A DNA stretch of 64,000 nt from Myxococcales bacterium (GCA_029863605.1 JAOTVB010000001.1:160187-224186), one strand, 5' to 3'; positions 45,166 to 54,512 are shown, counted from the first letter of the stretch. Notes: generated from the sequence alone by a model not told the origin. Program-made: numbers and translations.

Positions 45166-45180
45166 TGGCACGCCTCGTGC
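45166..45180 (+). promoter_or_regulatory. candidate sigma-54 promoter (TGGCAC-N5-GTGC)
   Basis: TGGCAC gcctc GTGC lies 52 nt upstream of ATG 45232 (SD ggag). Confidence 0.55.
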
Positions 45181-45231
45181 TGAAGAACCCTGCACATCGG
45201 CTCTTCGGGGCCCTCAACCAGGAGATCAGTC

Positions 45232-47769
45232 ATGCACGAGTCACTATCTTTCCGTAGCGCCATCGCGCTCTTCCTTGCCTTCTGGCTTGCTGCCTGCGGT
45301 GGCAGTGCCACCGACCCCCAGGTGGAGGCGACTTTCGAAGTCGATCCAACCGTGGAGCCGAACGCCGACGCGATTTCGTTCGTCGACGACACCGGCTCGC
45401 GCCCGCTCGCCTCGATCGTCGACGGACAAGGCCGTCAGATCGACTTCGTCGAGGACGAAGTGATCCTGACGCTCGACGACCGCGACGCGTTGCCCGCCAT
45501 CCTCGAGCGGCTTCACGGCACAGTCATCCGCGAGGTCGACCCGAACGCCACGGGCTTGTTGAGCGAACCTTCGCCGATCTTCGTTCTACTTCGGGTTAAC
45601 CCCCCCGATGCCGAAGCTTCGGACCTCGCCGAGCTCATCATGGCGCAAGGCGAAAACGGAGGCCAGCACCGCGTGTCTTCTCAAAAAGGGCTCAACACAC
45701 TGATGGCGATGGCACGCGAGAGTGTGAACGAAGGGACCGACCTCGGTGCCAACTTCTTGTTCACCTACGATGAGCTGAGTGATCGCGAGACTGCGGAGTC
45801 TCCCTCGGGCGACGCGTCGGGCTATTCAGCGAACGCGTTCGAGCTTCCATACATGAACCGAGGTTCTCGGCAGGACATCGGCGCCGCCGAGGCCGCTCGG
45901 ATGGTTCACGAAGCGGTCGGAGTGCCGACCGGGCGCAATCGCGTCGACTTCATGATCATGGACGGTGGATTCCTAAACATCCCGGACTACCCGGGAGCGG
46001 AGATCATCCCGCGGGGCCGTTTCTCTCGAATCAATCCCCCGAACTCGTGCTCTGGCGGCGGTGATTGCCCCTGGCACGGGACGAACGTTGCGTCTGCCGC
46101 GCTCGGCGTGTTCGATGACAACATCGGTGCTGCGGGCCCGGCCGCAGAGGTCGTGAATCCGATCTTCGTGCAAAGCCCCCGACCCAACCTCTGGGACTAT
46201 CTCGACTACGTCTTCGACACCGTACCAAGCGCCCTTGGCCGCTTCCCCGACATCGTGAACATCTCCGCGTCGGGCGACATTCCGGCGGGGCTTTGCCTCG
46301 TCGGCGTCTGCACGGCGGTCGACGTGGTGGGCCGCTCGGTTCGCGCGGCGGGCATCCTCGTGTTCGCCTCGGCCGGGAACGATGGTGCCAACGTCGATAG
46401 TCGAGACTGCGGACCCTTCGGCCTCGTCTGCTGGGAAGGGGCATACCGCGTTCCTTGCGAGGCGCCGGGCGTCATCTGCGTCGGCGGTCTTCAGCATGAT
46501 CGCGACACGAAGGCGACGAACAGCGCGACGGGCTCGAAGCAGCGCGACTCGCGCGACTCCGTCGACGTCTATGCCCCTTACTCCGTGTGGGTTCATGACA
46601 CGCCCACCAGGGGGGCAGGTCTCGTCCCGCCCACTACGAGCGCAACGCTCAAGAACGGCACTTCGTTTGCGTCTCCCTTCGCTGCTGGGATTGCTGCGCT
46701 GATCAAGGCCGCCAGTCCGCGCCTCGGCCCGGGTGAGATTTGGGAGATCATGCGAGACACGGCGCACACCAAAGCAAGAGGCTCGGTTCACCGCTGGGTG
46801 AATGCCCAAGGGGCCGTCCAACGTGCCCTTGGTGGAGCGCCGCCCTTCGTCCGGATCGAGAGGCCCACGGCCGACGAACGATTCTCGATCGGGGGCAGCG
46901 TGCCGCTCAGCTGTGACGTGCAAGACGACGACGGCATGGACGACGTGACGGTGGCGTGGGCGAGCGATCTCGATGGCAGCATCGGTGCGGCGTCCTCGTT
47001 CACCAGCGCAACGCGCCTTCGCTCGGGTGTGCACGAGATCACGTGTACCGCGACCGACGGTCGCTTCACCGTGAGCGATAGCGTCCAGATCTCGGTTGGC
47101 AACGAGGCTCCGACGGTCGTGATCACTGCACCAACGGGTTCCGACCCTCTGTACACTGGCAACGCGATCGCTGTGACCGCGGACGCCTACGACGTCGACG
47201 CGAACCTCGACGATGTCTATTGGCAGGTGATCAACGACTTCGGTTTCCCGACGGGGTGGACGGCCACGGGCCGTGAAGCGACGATCCCGAGGGGTCACCT
47301 GGCGCCAGGCCGATACACGCTGGTCGCGACCGCCTACGACACGGAGGGTGAGCGAGCGCAGGATACGAGGAGGCTCGTCATTCAGGCGAACCCCAGCAAC
47401 CTCGGCCCGAGCATCAACAGCTTGTCCGCCATCGCGACGCCAACCGACCCGTATGACACCGACCTGGCATACTGGGCCGACGCCTGCACGTTCGACGTGA
47501 ACGGAGATGGCCGGGTCGACGGGGCCGACCTCTGCCAGCGCCTCCGTTTCGTCGCCGACGTCACCGATGATCACGATCCAGTGAGCGCGTTGACGTTCCA
47601 GTGGAACGTCTACGAAGAAGGCGTCCTCGTCGACTCCTTCATGACCAGCACCCCAACCATCACGCTCGACTTCGAAATAGGACAACACTCGATCGAGCTC
47701 GTCGCGTCGGACACGGAATCCGCGTCGAGTCAGCGAGCTCTCAGCGTCACGGTCATTACCCTGTTCTAG
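45232..47769 (+). CDS. S8 family (subtilisin-like) serine peptidase lipoprotein with C-terminal Ig/PKD-like modules
   Basis: MHESLSFRSAIALFLAFWLAAC is a lipobox. Catalytic motifs: FMIMDGG (Asp), WHGTNVASAALG (His) and NGTSFASPFAAGIAALI (Ser). At least three C-terminal beta modules (…GVHEITCTATDGRFTVSDSVQISV…). Confidence 0.9.
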   Translation: MHESLSFRSAIALFLAFWLAACGGSATDPQVEATFEVDPTVEPNADAISFVDDTGSRPLASIVDGQGRQIDFVEDEVILTLDDRDALPAILERLHGTVIREVDPNATGLLSEPSPIFVLLRVNPPDAEASDLAELIMAQGENGGQHRVSSQKGLNTLMAMARESVNEGTDLGANFLFTYDELSDRETAESPSGDASGYSANAFELPYMNRGSRQDIGAAEAARMVHEAVGVPTGRNRVDFMIMDGGFLNIPDYPGAEIIPRGRFSRINPPNSCSGGGDCPWHGTNVASAALGVFDDNIGAAGPAAEVVNPIFVQSPRPNLWDYLDYVFDTVPSALGRFPDIVNISASGDIPAGLCLVGVCTAVDVVGRSVRAAGILVFASAGNDGANVDSRDCGPFGLVCWEGAYRVPCEAPGVICVGGLQHDRDTKATNSATGSKQRDSRDSVDVYAPYSVWVHDTPTRGAGLVPPTTSATLKNGTSFASPFAAGIAALIKAASPRLGPGEIWEIMRDTAHTKARGSVHRWVNAQGAVQRALGGAPPFVRIERPTADERFSIGGSVPLSCDVQDDDGMDDVTVAWASDLDGSIGAASSFTSATRLRSGVHEITCTATDGRFTVSDSVQISVGNEAPTVVITAPTGSDPLYTGNAIAVTADAYDVDANLDDVYWQVINDFGFPTGWTATGREATIPRGHLAPGRYTLVATAYDTEGERAQDTRRLVIQANPSNLGPSINSLSAIATPTDPYDTDLAYWADACTFDVNGDGRVDGADLCQRLRFVADVTDDHDPVSALTFQWNVYEEGVLVDSFMTSTPTITLDFEIGQHSIELVASDTESASSQRALSVTVITLF

Positions 47770-47794
47770 AGACGGAGAAACGACCCCAACCCCA

Positions 47795-47828
47795 GCGCGC
47801 CGTGCGGTCCTCGAGCCGCGCGGCGCGC
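47795..47828 (+). terminator. candidate intrinsic terminator between convergent genes
   Basis: 13-bp GC stem GCGCGCCGTGCGG / CCGCGCGGCGCGC (one G·U pair) with an 8-nt loop, followed by TCTTTC. It lies 26 nt after the S8 stop. Confidence 0.5.
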
Positions 47829-47852
47829 TCTTTCATGTCGGTAGCCCCTCGA

Positions 47853-49487
47853 TCATTTCGTGACGTTCAGCTTCAGCTTCTTCTTCTGGCCCGGCCGGAG
47901 TCGGATGGTTTGAGTGACCGTAGGCTCCCCCTGGCCGGCGCCGATTCGATAGCGGCCGGGCTTGAGCGAGAGGTTCTTCAGTGGCGCGGTTCCCCGTGGC
48001 TTCCCGTTGATCCAGACGTCGCCCCAGGGGTAGACGACGACAGTCAGGCTTGCGGGTGCCTGGAGCGCCGGCTCCGCGCGCGGTTCTGGCTTCGGCTGGG
48101 CGCTCGCTGCCTCGGACTCGTCGGCCGAAGTTGGCGGCTCATCGATCTTCGACTCTTCGGGCTCGACGCCCGGCTCGACTTGGTCGACCGCGACGACCGG
48201 CTCGGCTTCGAACTCACTCGCGGCGGGTAAAGTCTCTTGGCCCGCGTCGCGCGTTGCGCGCCAGGCCAGCGCGCCCCCGGCCAACAGCGCGACGGTGAGC
48301 AACAACGCCGTGACCGCTCTGCTCCGTCGTCGCCCTGGCAACGTGCCGGTCACCAACGATTCCGATTGGACTGGGCTTGGTGGCTCAGGCGCGGGTGGTC
48401 TGCTCTCGGCCCAACGCTCGACCTGCTTCTGTCCTTCTCCTGCGCCAACGATTCCGCTGATCTGTTCGCCTGCCTCTGCCCCTACGCTGTCTGGCTGATG
48501 GGCTGTCGCCTGCTCGCCGAACGCCTGCAGTTCTGCTTCCGCGGGCCGGAGCTCGGCAACTCTCTTGCCGAGCTCGCGCCGAACCCGCGGAACGGGCACG
48601 AACGGATCGAGGAGCTCGGTCAACTGTGCAGCGCTCGCGGGGCGCTTGTCGCGGTCCGGTTCGATGAGGCTCTCGATCAACGCGCAGAACTCAGGCGGGG
48701 CTCCCGGTGCAAGCGAAGCGAGCGGCTGATGTTGACCCTGCAGGATCAACATGATCGTTGCGGGGTCGTGACCGCCTTCGTAGGGACGCTGCCCGCACAG
48801 CGCTTCGAACAGGACAACGCCCACCCCGAAGAGGTCCGCGCGTCCATCCAGCGGCTCGAGTCGCAACTGCTCAGGCGACATGTACGGAATCTTGCCCTTC
48901 ACGGCGCTCTGTTGCCGCGAGCTCCCTGTGACCGCTTTGGCAACGCCGAAGTCGCTCAGCATGATTTCGCCGTGAATGCTGATGAGCACGTTCGACGGGG
49001 AGATGTCGCGGTGGACGATCGCCGCAGCATGCCCGCCATCAAAGCTGCTGTCGCGAGGCGGGTTGTGTGCGTGGTTCAGCGCTGCAGCGAGGTCGTGGCC
49101 GAGGAGCGCGACCCGCTCCGGCGAAAGTCGCTGAGCGCTTTCGGCGTCGAGCAGGACCCGGAGGTCCACACCGTCGACTAGCTCCATGGCCATGTATGCA
49201 CGGCCTGCGATTTCTCCGAAGTCGATGACACCGACGATGTTGCTGTGACGCAACTTCGCGGCGAGTCGCGCTTCGCGTTGAAATAGCTTTACGAACTCCT
49301 CGTCTTCGCGAAAGAAGGGCAGTACGAGCTTGAGACACACCCGCTGAGAGAACCCGCTAGGCCCACGCCGGATGGCCACGAAGGTTTCGGCCATTCCACC
49401 CATGCCCAGCCGTCGCACCAACGTGTAGGGTCCAATCTCCGTCCCGAGCAAATCGCTTGAAGAGGCATCAAAGTCGATTTTGGACAT
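47853..49487 (-). CDS. Ser/Thr protein kinase with C-terminal PEGA domain
   Basis: GMGGMAETFVA (G-loop), VCLKLV (Lys), HRDISPSNVL (catalytic loop), DFG and PYMSPEQ. One TM helix (AVTALLLTVALLAGGALAW) and a PEGA-like tail LTVVVYPWGDVWINGKPRGTAPL…PGRYRI. Confidence 0.9.
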   Translation of the reverse strand: MSKIDFDASSSDLLGTEIGPYTLVRRLGMGGMAETFVAIRRGPSGFSQRVCLKLVLPFFREDEEFVKLFQREARLAAKLRHSNIVGVIDFGEIAGRAYMAMELVDGVDLRVLLDAESAQRLSPERVALLGHDLAAALNHAHNPPRDSSFDGGHAAAIVHRDISPSNVLISIHGEIMLSDFGVAKAVTGSSRQQSAVKGKIPYMSPEQLRLEPLDGRADLFGVGVVLFEALCGQRPYEGGHDPATIMLILQGQHQPLASLAPGAPPEFCALIESLIEPDRDKRPASAAQLTELLDPFVPVPRVRRELGKRVAELRPAEAELQAFGEQATAHQPDSVGAEAGEQISGIVGAGEGQKQVERWAESRPPAPEPPSPVQSESLVTGTLPGRRRSRAVTALLLTVALLAGGALAWRATRDAGQETLPAASEFEAEPVVAVDQVEPGVEPEESKIDEPPTSADESEAASAQPKPEPRAEPALQAPASLTVVVYPWGDVWINGKPRGTAPLKNLSLKPGRYRIGAGQGEPTVTQTIRLRPGQKKKLKLNVTK

Positions 49488-49496
49488 CGGCTCGGG

Positions 49497-51062
49497 TCAT
49501 CCCTTTCGTTCTTTGAACCTCTCCGTGTCGATGTCGAGCCGTCCCATTCGGCTGATCAAGCCGGTGCGCGGGATATCCAACATGCGCGCGGTTCGTGCAA
49601 CGATACCATGGCAGAGAGCTAGCGCATCTTCGATGACGGCTCGCTCCGCCGATTCTAGGTCTTGCTGTTGGTCGGTCAGTTTCCGCCAACGGTCCCGAAT
49701 GTCGTCGTGGGCTGCAGGGCGCACCGACTGCGGGCCAGAGGACGTCGGAAGCTCACTGACGCCCAGCTCTAAGTGCTTTGCCTCGATGACGGGATCCCCG
49801 TCTCCCGCCGTGCGGACTCGGTTTCGGGCGCGCTTGAGTACCGCCTCTAGCTCGCGAATGTTGCCTTCCCAAGGGAGCTTCGGCGACAGAAGAGCGTCCA
49901 TCGCACTTCCGTCGAGCTCCCAGCTCGTTTTTGGGTCGATTCGATGAAGGTAACCGACGGCGATGTTGGGGATGTCCCAGCGGCGTTCGCGAAGTGGAGG
50001 CAAAACGATCGGTACGGCGGCGAGCCGGTAGTACAGGTCTTGACGAAACACCTTGTCGGCGATGGCCTGCTGTATGTCGCCGTTGGTCACGGAGATGATG
50101 CGCAGACTCGCCGTCTTGGGCTGCGGCCCCTGATAGCCGAGCGGCCGGTACGAACCGAATTGGGTGAAGTCGAGAAGCAGTTGCTGCGCGTGGTGCGTTA
50201 GGTTGAGCACCTCGTCGAAGATCAGGGTGCCCTTGTCTGCGTATTCGACCAGGCCTTTGCGTTTGGACACCGCACCGGAGAACGAGCCGCGTTCATGGCC
50301 GAAGAGCTCGGATGTGATCGTGTTTAAGTCGTCCGCGAGCCCCAACGTCGCCCGCACGATGGGGGTTTGGTTGCTCGCGTGTGCAAACGCCGTGGCGAGC
50401 TGAGTCTTGCCGGTGCCGGACTCGCCGAGGATCATGATCGACTCGTCACCTCCGATGGCAGAGCGGAGCTCTTGACCGATGCCGGCCATGCTCTCTGGGG
50501 CGAGAAGCTCGTCGAGCGTGAGCTGCGCACCACTGGGCTCGGTCGCTCGCTCGGCGCGCAGATCCTCCCGGGTGTCTTCGATGACCGTCTGCTGTGCAAT
50601 GAGGCCTCCAAGCAGTGCGCCTGCTGTTTCCACCACGCCGACGACCGCTTCGCTGGTGCCCTGATCCTTGCCGAACTCCAAGTAGAGTGCGCCGATCAGG
50701 CTTCGGCCTTGTGACGAGGCGGTCGGGAGCGACCACAATGGCACGGCAATGAAAGAGCCGTCCGGCGCGTAGGGAACGGGGCCGGCAACCGTCTTGAGCT
50801 TGGACTGCACCAGACCGAGCACGTCGCTCACATGCGCTGCGAGGACTGCCGGGGCCACGCCGCGAAAGTTCGTCGTCCGCGAGCGGTGCATGGGTCCGCC
50901 GCCTTTGGTTTCCAGGGTGCTCCAGGCGGAAGCCGCACCAAGCTGCACGCACAATGCTTCGAGTGTCTCTTCGATGAAGCGCCCGCGATGGAGCCCGGTG
51001 ACGGAGGCTTCCACGACGTCGCGCACTCGCGGCCATGGCTCTGTCGGGTTGCTGGAGGACAT
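49497..51062 (-). CDS. sigma-54-dependent transcriptional activator, GAF-like sensor + AAA+ + HTH
   Basis: The ORF-track entry (to 51566) is over-extended across the divergent gene, so the start is set at ATG 51062 (MSSSNPTEPWP…). ILGESGTGKT Walker A, GHERGSFSGA (GAFTGA-loop variant), NIRELEAV, and the C-terminal HTH GIVARTARMLDIPRTGLISRM. Confidence 0.85.
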   Translation of the reverse strand: MSSSNPTEPWPRVRDVVEASVTGLHRGRFIEETLEALCVQLGAASAWSTLETKGGGPMHRSRTTNFRGVAPAVLAAHVSDVLGLVQSKLKTVAGPVPYAPDGSFIAVPLWSLPTASSQGRSLIGALYLEFGKDQGTSEAVVGVVETAGALLGGLIAQQTVIEDTREDLRAERATEPSGAQLTLDELLAPESMAGIGQELRSAIGGDESIMILGESGTGKTQLATAFAHASNQTPIVRATLGLADDLNTITSELFGHERGSFSGAVSKRKGLVEYADKGTLIFDEVLNLTHHAQQLLLDFTQFGSYRPLGYQGPQPKTASLRIISVTNGDIQQAIADKVFRQDLYYRLAAVPIVLPPLRERRWDIPNIAVGYLHRIDPKTSWELDGSAMDALLSPKLPWEGNIRELEAVLKRARNRVRTAGDGDPVIEAKHLELGVSELPTSSGPQSVRPAAHDDIRDRWRKLTDQQQDLESAERAVIEDALALCHGIVARTARMLDIPRTGLISRMGRLDIDTERFKERKG

Positions 51063-51156
51063 CGACGCTACCGAGACTACATGCTCGCCGGGGCAACGAC
51101 TACCCCTCCGCGATGTTGTTGATCCCGAGTTTCCGAAGCTGTGATAATACCGCGCC

Positions 51157-52893
51157 ATGCGGCTGACCTCGTTGACGTTCCTCTGTTGGTGCCTGCTGGT
51201 TTCGTTGGTTTCCGCACAAGCGGAGAGCGGATGGGTGATCGTGCCGAGCCACTCCGGCGCGCCAGCCGACTGGATGGACGCGGCGGTATTGGACCTTCGC
51301 ACCGAGCTCGTCGGTCGAGGCGCAACGGTTTGGTCCCAAGAGCAGGCTGCCACCGAGCTCGAGATGAAGGTTTCTGCGCCGGCGTCGAAGCTCGAGGACC
51401 GCGAGATCCGCCGTTGGATCTCGCTATCCGACGCGGCGGTCGACGACCTCGCGGAAGGCGAGCATCGCAGGGCCCTAAACAAGCTCAATTCGGCGCAGGC
51501 AATATCGCGAAAAGCAATCGAAGAGCTCAACCGCGAGCCCGAACGCTCTAGGCGGGTCTTCGACACTTGTCTTTACCTCGTACGTGCGGAGCTCGCGACG
51601 CAATCTGCGTCGCGCGCAAGGGCTGTCGTGCGGGAGTGCAGGCAGCTGGTTCCTCGCGGACAGCCGAGCCCTCAAATGCATCCGCCCGCCGTAACCGATT
51701 TGCTCGATCAGGTCGATGCTCTGCTGGCTAAACAGACCGGAGAGCTTCGTGTGGAAAGCACTCCTTCCGGATGTGCGGCACGCCTCAACGGATTACTTCT
51801 CGGCGAGACACCCGTCTCGATCGGGGATTTGTTTCCTGGCAACTATCGCGTTCAGGTCGAGTGCAGCAAGGACACTCGCGGTCGCGTGCACGCGGTGACC
51901 GTCGGCGCAGGGAAGACGCAGCATCGCGTCGACTGGCGCTTTGATGACGTCATCGAAAGCAGGCCAAGCCTTTCGCTCGGTTATTCGAACACCTCCGAGG
52001 AGCGCGAGCGCCGGGTGCCAGACGCTCGGCGGCTTACCATGGAGATCGGCGCCGGCGCGGTCGTTCTCCTTTCGATGCCCACTCTGGACACGCTCGAGGT
52101 CGAGCTGATCGAAATCGAAGAGGCGGAATCGTCGGTGCCGCTCGCGCTCGTGCGGCTTTCCGCGGGAGCTGAGGGGCCCCGCAAGCCGGATCTCCGTTTG
52201 GCCGCGCGCGCCTTGACCGACCGTCGATGCATGGACTTCACGTCGCCCGAGCCGGCTGCTCTGCCCTGCAAAGGCCGCGAGCCTGCGGGTGCGGTTCCCG
52301 CAGCGACCGACGCGTGGCCTGCCCATCGTCGGCCGCGCGGCCAGTTCATCGCTGGCCTCACGCTCGTCGGGGTCGGCGTAGCAGGCCTCGCGACGAGCTA
52401 TGCGCTTCTCATACCACGACGCGACGCAGCGATGGACTGGGTCAACGTAGTCGACATGGGCGGGCAGGACACGTCTGCCCAGCAGAAGTGGTTCGACCTC
52501 CGAGGGGCGATCATCGCAACCGGGTCGGTCAGCGCGGCAGCGTTGGTTGCCGCGATGCCACTCGCGTTACCGGAACGCGAAAAGACTCCCTGGTGGGCAT
52601 GGGTTTCTGGCGGTGTAGGACTGGGCTTGGCGGGATTCTCGATCGCGTGGGGCGTCACCGCTGAGGCAGAGCCGTCTACCTCGTGCTCCACTCAAGACCT
52701 CGATACCGTCGAAGTGCGTAGCTGCGTCAATGGGGGACAACAAAGGAGCGCTGCGTTGCTTACGGGCTTGACTTCCGCGCCTCTCATCACGATGCCGTTG
52801 GTCTACCTGTTCCGACCGAGTCGAGCTCAGCTCGAGCCGCGAGTCGTGGTGGGACGCACCGGAGCCCACTTGGCGCTCCAAGGCCAGTTCTGA
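51157..52893 (+). CDS. secreted/membrane protein with PEGA domain
   Basis: Signal peptide MRLTSLTFLCWCLLVSLVSAQA. PEGA-like LRVESTPSGCAARLNGLLLGETPVSIGDLFPGNYRVQVE. Three C-terminal TM helices. Confidence 0.7.
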   Translation: MRLTSLTFLCWCLLVSLVSAQAESGWVIVPSHSGAPADWMDAAVLDLRTELVGRGATVWSQEQAATELEMKVSAPASKLEDREIRRWISLSDAAVDDLAEGEHRRALNKLNSAQAISRKAIEELNREPERSRRVFDTCLYLVRAELATQSASRARAVVRECRQLVPRGQPSPQMHPPAVTDLLDQVDALLAKQTGELRVESTPSGCAARLNGLLLGETPVSIGDLFPGNYRVQVECSKDTRGRVHAVTVGAGKTQHRVDWRFDDVIESRPSLSLGYSNTSEERERRVPDARRLTMEIGAGAVVLLSMPTLDTLEVELIEIEEAESSVPLALVRLSAGAEGPRKPDLRLAARALTDRRCMDFTSPEPAALPCKGREPAGAVPAATDAWPAHRRPRGQFIAGLTLVGVGVAGLATSYALLIPRRDAAMDWVNVVDMGGQDTSAQQKWFDLRGAIIATGSVSAAALVAAMPLALPEREKTPWWAWVSGGVGLGLAGFSIAWGVTAEAEPSTSCSTQDLDTVEVRSCVNGGQQRSAALLTGLTSAPLITMPLVYLFRPSRAQLEPRVVVGRTGAHLALQGQF

Positions 52894-53010
52894 CAGGCCG
52901 CCAAAGTCCGAGACATCGGAGCGTCAGTGACGACGGCGCAGACTAGCTCTTGCGAGAACTGGAGTTAGCCTCCCTGCGTGGGACTCGACGCGGAGTATGG
53001 CTCGGGGCTT

Positions 53011-53175
53011 CTAGCCCTTTTCCTTGGATCGCAGAAATCGCTCTAGGGCTTCTCCAACTACGGCGGATAGCGTCTGCCTCGTGGTGGCGGCGTGGACGCG
53101 CAAGCGAGTCACGAGCTCAGGATCGAGCCGGACGAACAGACCCTCGCTCGTGGTGGTGTCGGCCTTCTTTGGCAT
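53011..53175 (-). CDS. ribbon-helix-helix (CopG/Arc/ParG-like) small DNA-binding protein
   Basis: Below the ORF-track cut-off. My translation is MPKKADTTTSEGLFVRLDPELVTRLRVHAATTRQTLSAVVGEALERFLRSKEKG (54 aa). It follows the beta-strand/helix/helix RHH pattern. No partner (toxin/ParA) ORF is adjacent. Confidence 0.6.
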   Translation of the reverse strand: MPKKADTTTSEGLFVRLDPELVTRLRVHAATTRQTLSAVVGEALERFLRSKEKG

Positions 53176-53288
53176 GGCAGCAGTGTAGCCTTTTGATAGG
53201 GATCTAACAAAACTGTGTGATTGTATGATTTGTTGATTGCGAAAACATTATTACTGTAGCTAGATTGCTATCAAATAAGCGAGGGGTT

Positions 53289-54497
53289 ATGAAAAATGAA
53301 AGGTTTCTATTCGGTTCTGATGGCGCTGGCATGCGCATTTCGAAGCTTGGAATCTACGTAGTCGCGTTTGGGCTGCTTGCCGCCGCGATGGGGTGTGGGG
53401 ATAGCGCTCCGTTTCCGCCGGCGTATAGCCCGGTGGACGGGCCTGTGGGCGACGGTGCGGACCGTGAAGACTCTGCAGGAGCCAGTTTTCTCGCGCTCGC
53501 TGGCAAGTTTTCTTTTGGTGGGGGACCGAACGCACCGCACTTGCTCGAGGTGACGGGAGTGACGCCGGTGAGGCTCACCGGGGACGGTAGCGAAGTCGCC
53601 CTCGCGCCTCACGAAGCGCTGATGAGCCTGACGATCGTGCAATGGAACCTGGACGGTGAATCGGACACCCACACCCTGCTCGAGGGTGCGCGCATCACCG
53701 TGCCTTTCGACGTGGGCAGCGTAGGTTTCGGATTTGGGCGACAGCTCGAGCTCCAGTTTCGCTTGAGCGCGAACGACTACGACGTCCGGTGTAATCTCGT
53801 GTTCGATGCGGATGGCAATGTGTCGGGCGCCGCTCGCGTGGACGCAGGGGTGGGTTTCGAGTTTGGTGAGTTGCTGTGCCCCGACGAGCGGAATGGTTTC
53901 GGGATCGTCATCGGCTTCCGAGTTGCGGAAAATCCGCGCCCACCGAACCTCCCTTCCGAGGCAGACTTCGTTTGCGATAGCACGCCACTTCCAACGCGCG
54001 GACAAACCGCCGTGGGCTCGATTTCCTGTCCCTCGCTCGACGTGAACGGTTTGCCTGCGTTCCAGGTGCGCGTATGGGCGGAACCGCTCGGGCCGATCGG
54101 CGGAGAGACGGAGTTCAGCGTGCAAGCGCAGTTGATCAATCCTGAAGAGATCGTGAACGTCTACCGTGATTTTATTGGCGTGGTAGTGCTCGCCGAGGCG
54201 ACCATCGAGTTGGCGCAGATCGACGGGAGCAACCCGATCACGGTTGCCGTCGATGGGCCCTGCGAGCTCGACTACACCCTTGGCGGGAGCGGAACACCCG
54301 GCCCAGTCGAGATGACCACCCGCATCGAGACCGCGCGATGGACCGCCACGAACGACTCGATCACGGTAGAGGCCACCGAGATGACGTTCTTTCTCGGCAG
54401 CCCCGCCGTGACCGCCACGACATATCCCGTGCCGAGCCCTGGCTGCCAATGGGTGGATGTGCCGCGGTTGACATTTGACGCGGCCGACGGGCTCTAA
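53289..54497 (+). CDS. lipoprotein, unknown function
   Basis: ATG 53289 with gagggg SD (alternative ATG 53331). …MRISKLGIYVVAFGLLAAAMGC is a lipobox. A beta-rich mature part with no domain recognised. Confidence 0.65.
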   Translation: MKNERFLFGSDGAGMRISKLGIYVVAFGLLAAAMGCGDSAPFPPAYSPVDGPVGDGADREDSAGASFLALAGKFSFGGGPNAPHLLEVTGVTPVRLTGDGSEVALAPHEALMSLTIVQWNLDGESDTHTLLEGARITVPFDVGSVGFGFGRQLELQFRLSANDYDVRCNLVFDADGNVSGAARVDAGVGFEFGELLCPDERNGFGIVIGFRVAENPRPPNLPSEADFVCDSTPLPTRGQTAVGSISCPSLDVNGLPAFQVRVWAEPLGPIGGETEFSVQAQLINPEEIVNVYRDFIGVVVLAEATIELAQIDGSNPITVAVDGPCELDYTLGGSGTPGPVEMTTRIETARWTATNDSITVEATEMTFFLGSPAVTATTYPVPSPGCQWVDVPRLTFDAADGL

Positions 54498-54512
54498 GCG
54501 CGCTGATCGGTT

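Noticed and set aside
51063-51566. Upstream extension of the sigma-54 activator ORF (to 51566)
   Set aside because: The extension overlaps the divergent PEGA-protein gene and is Ser/Arg-rich junk. The GAF-like domain begins after ATG 51062.
53175-53189. Sigma-54-like match TGGCAG-cagtg-TAGC upstream of the lipoprotein gene at 53289
   Set aside because: It has a G at the sixth -24 position and TAGC instead of TTGC. It overlaps the RHH start codon and lies ~100 nt from the ATG. It is too weak to call.
52950-53207. 85-aa plus-strand ORF
   Set aside because: The opposite strand encodes a clean ribbon-helix-helix protein (53011..53175) with an ATG start and better codon bias. The plus-strand product is Arg/Trp-rich nonsense.
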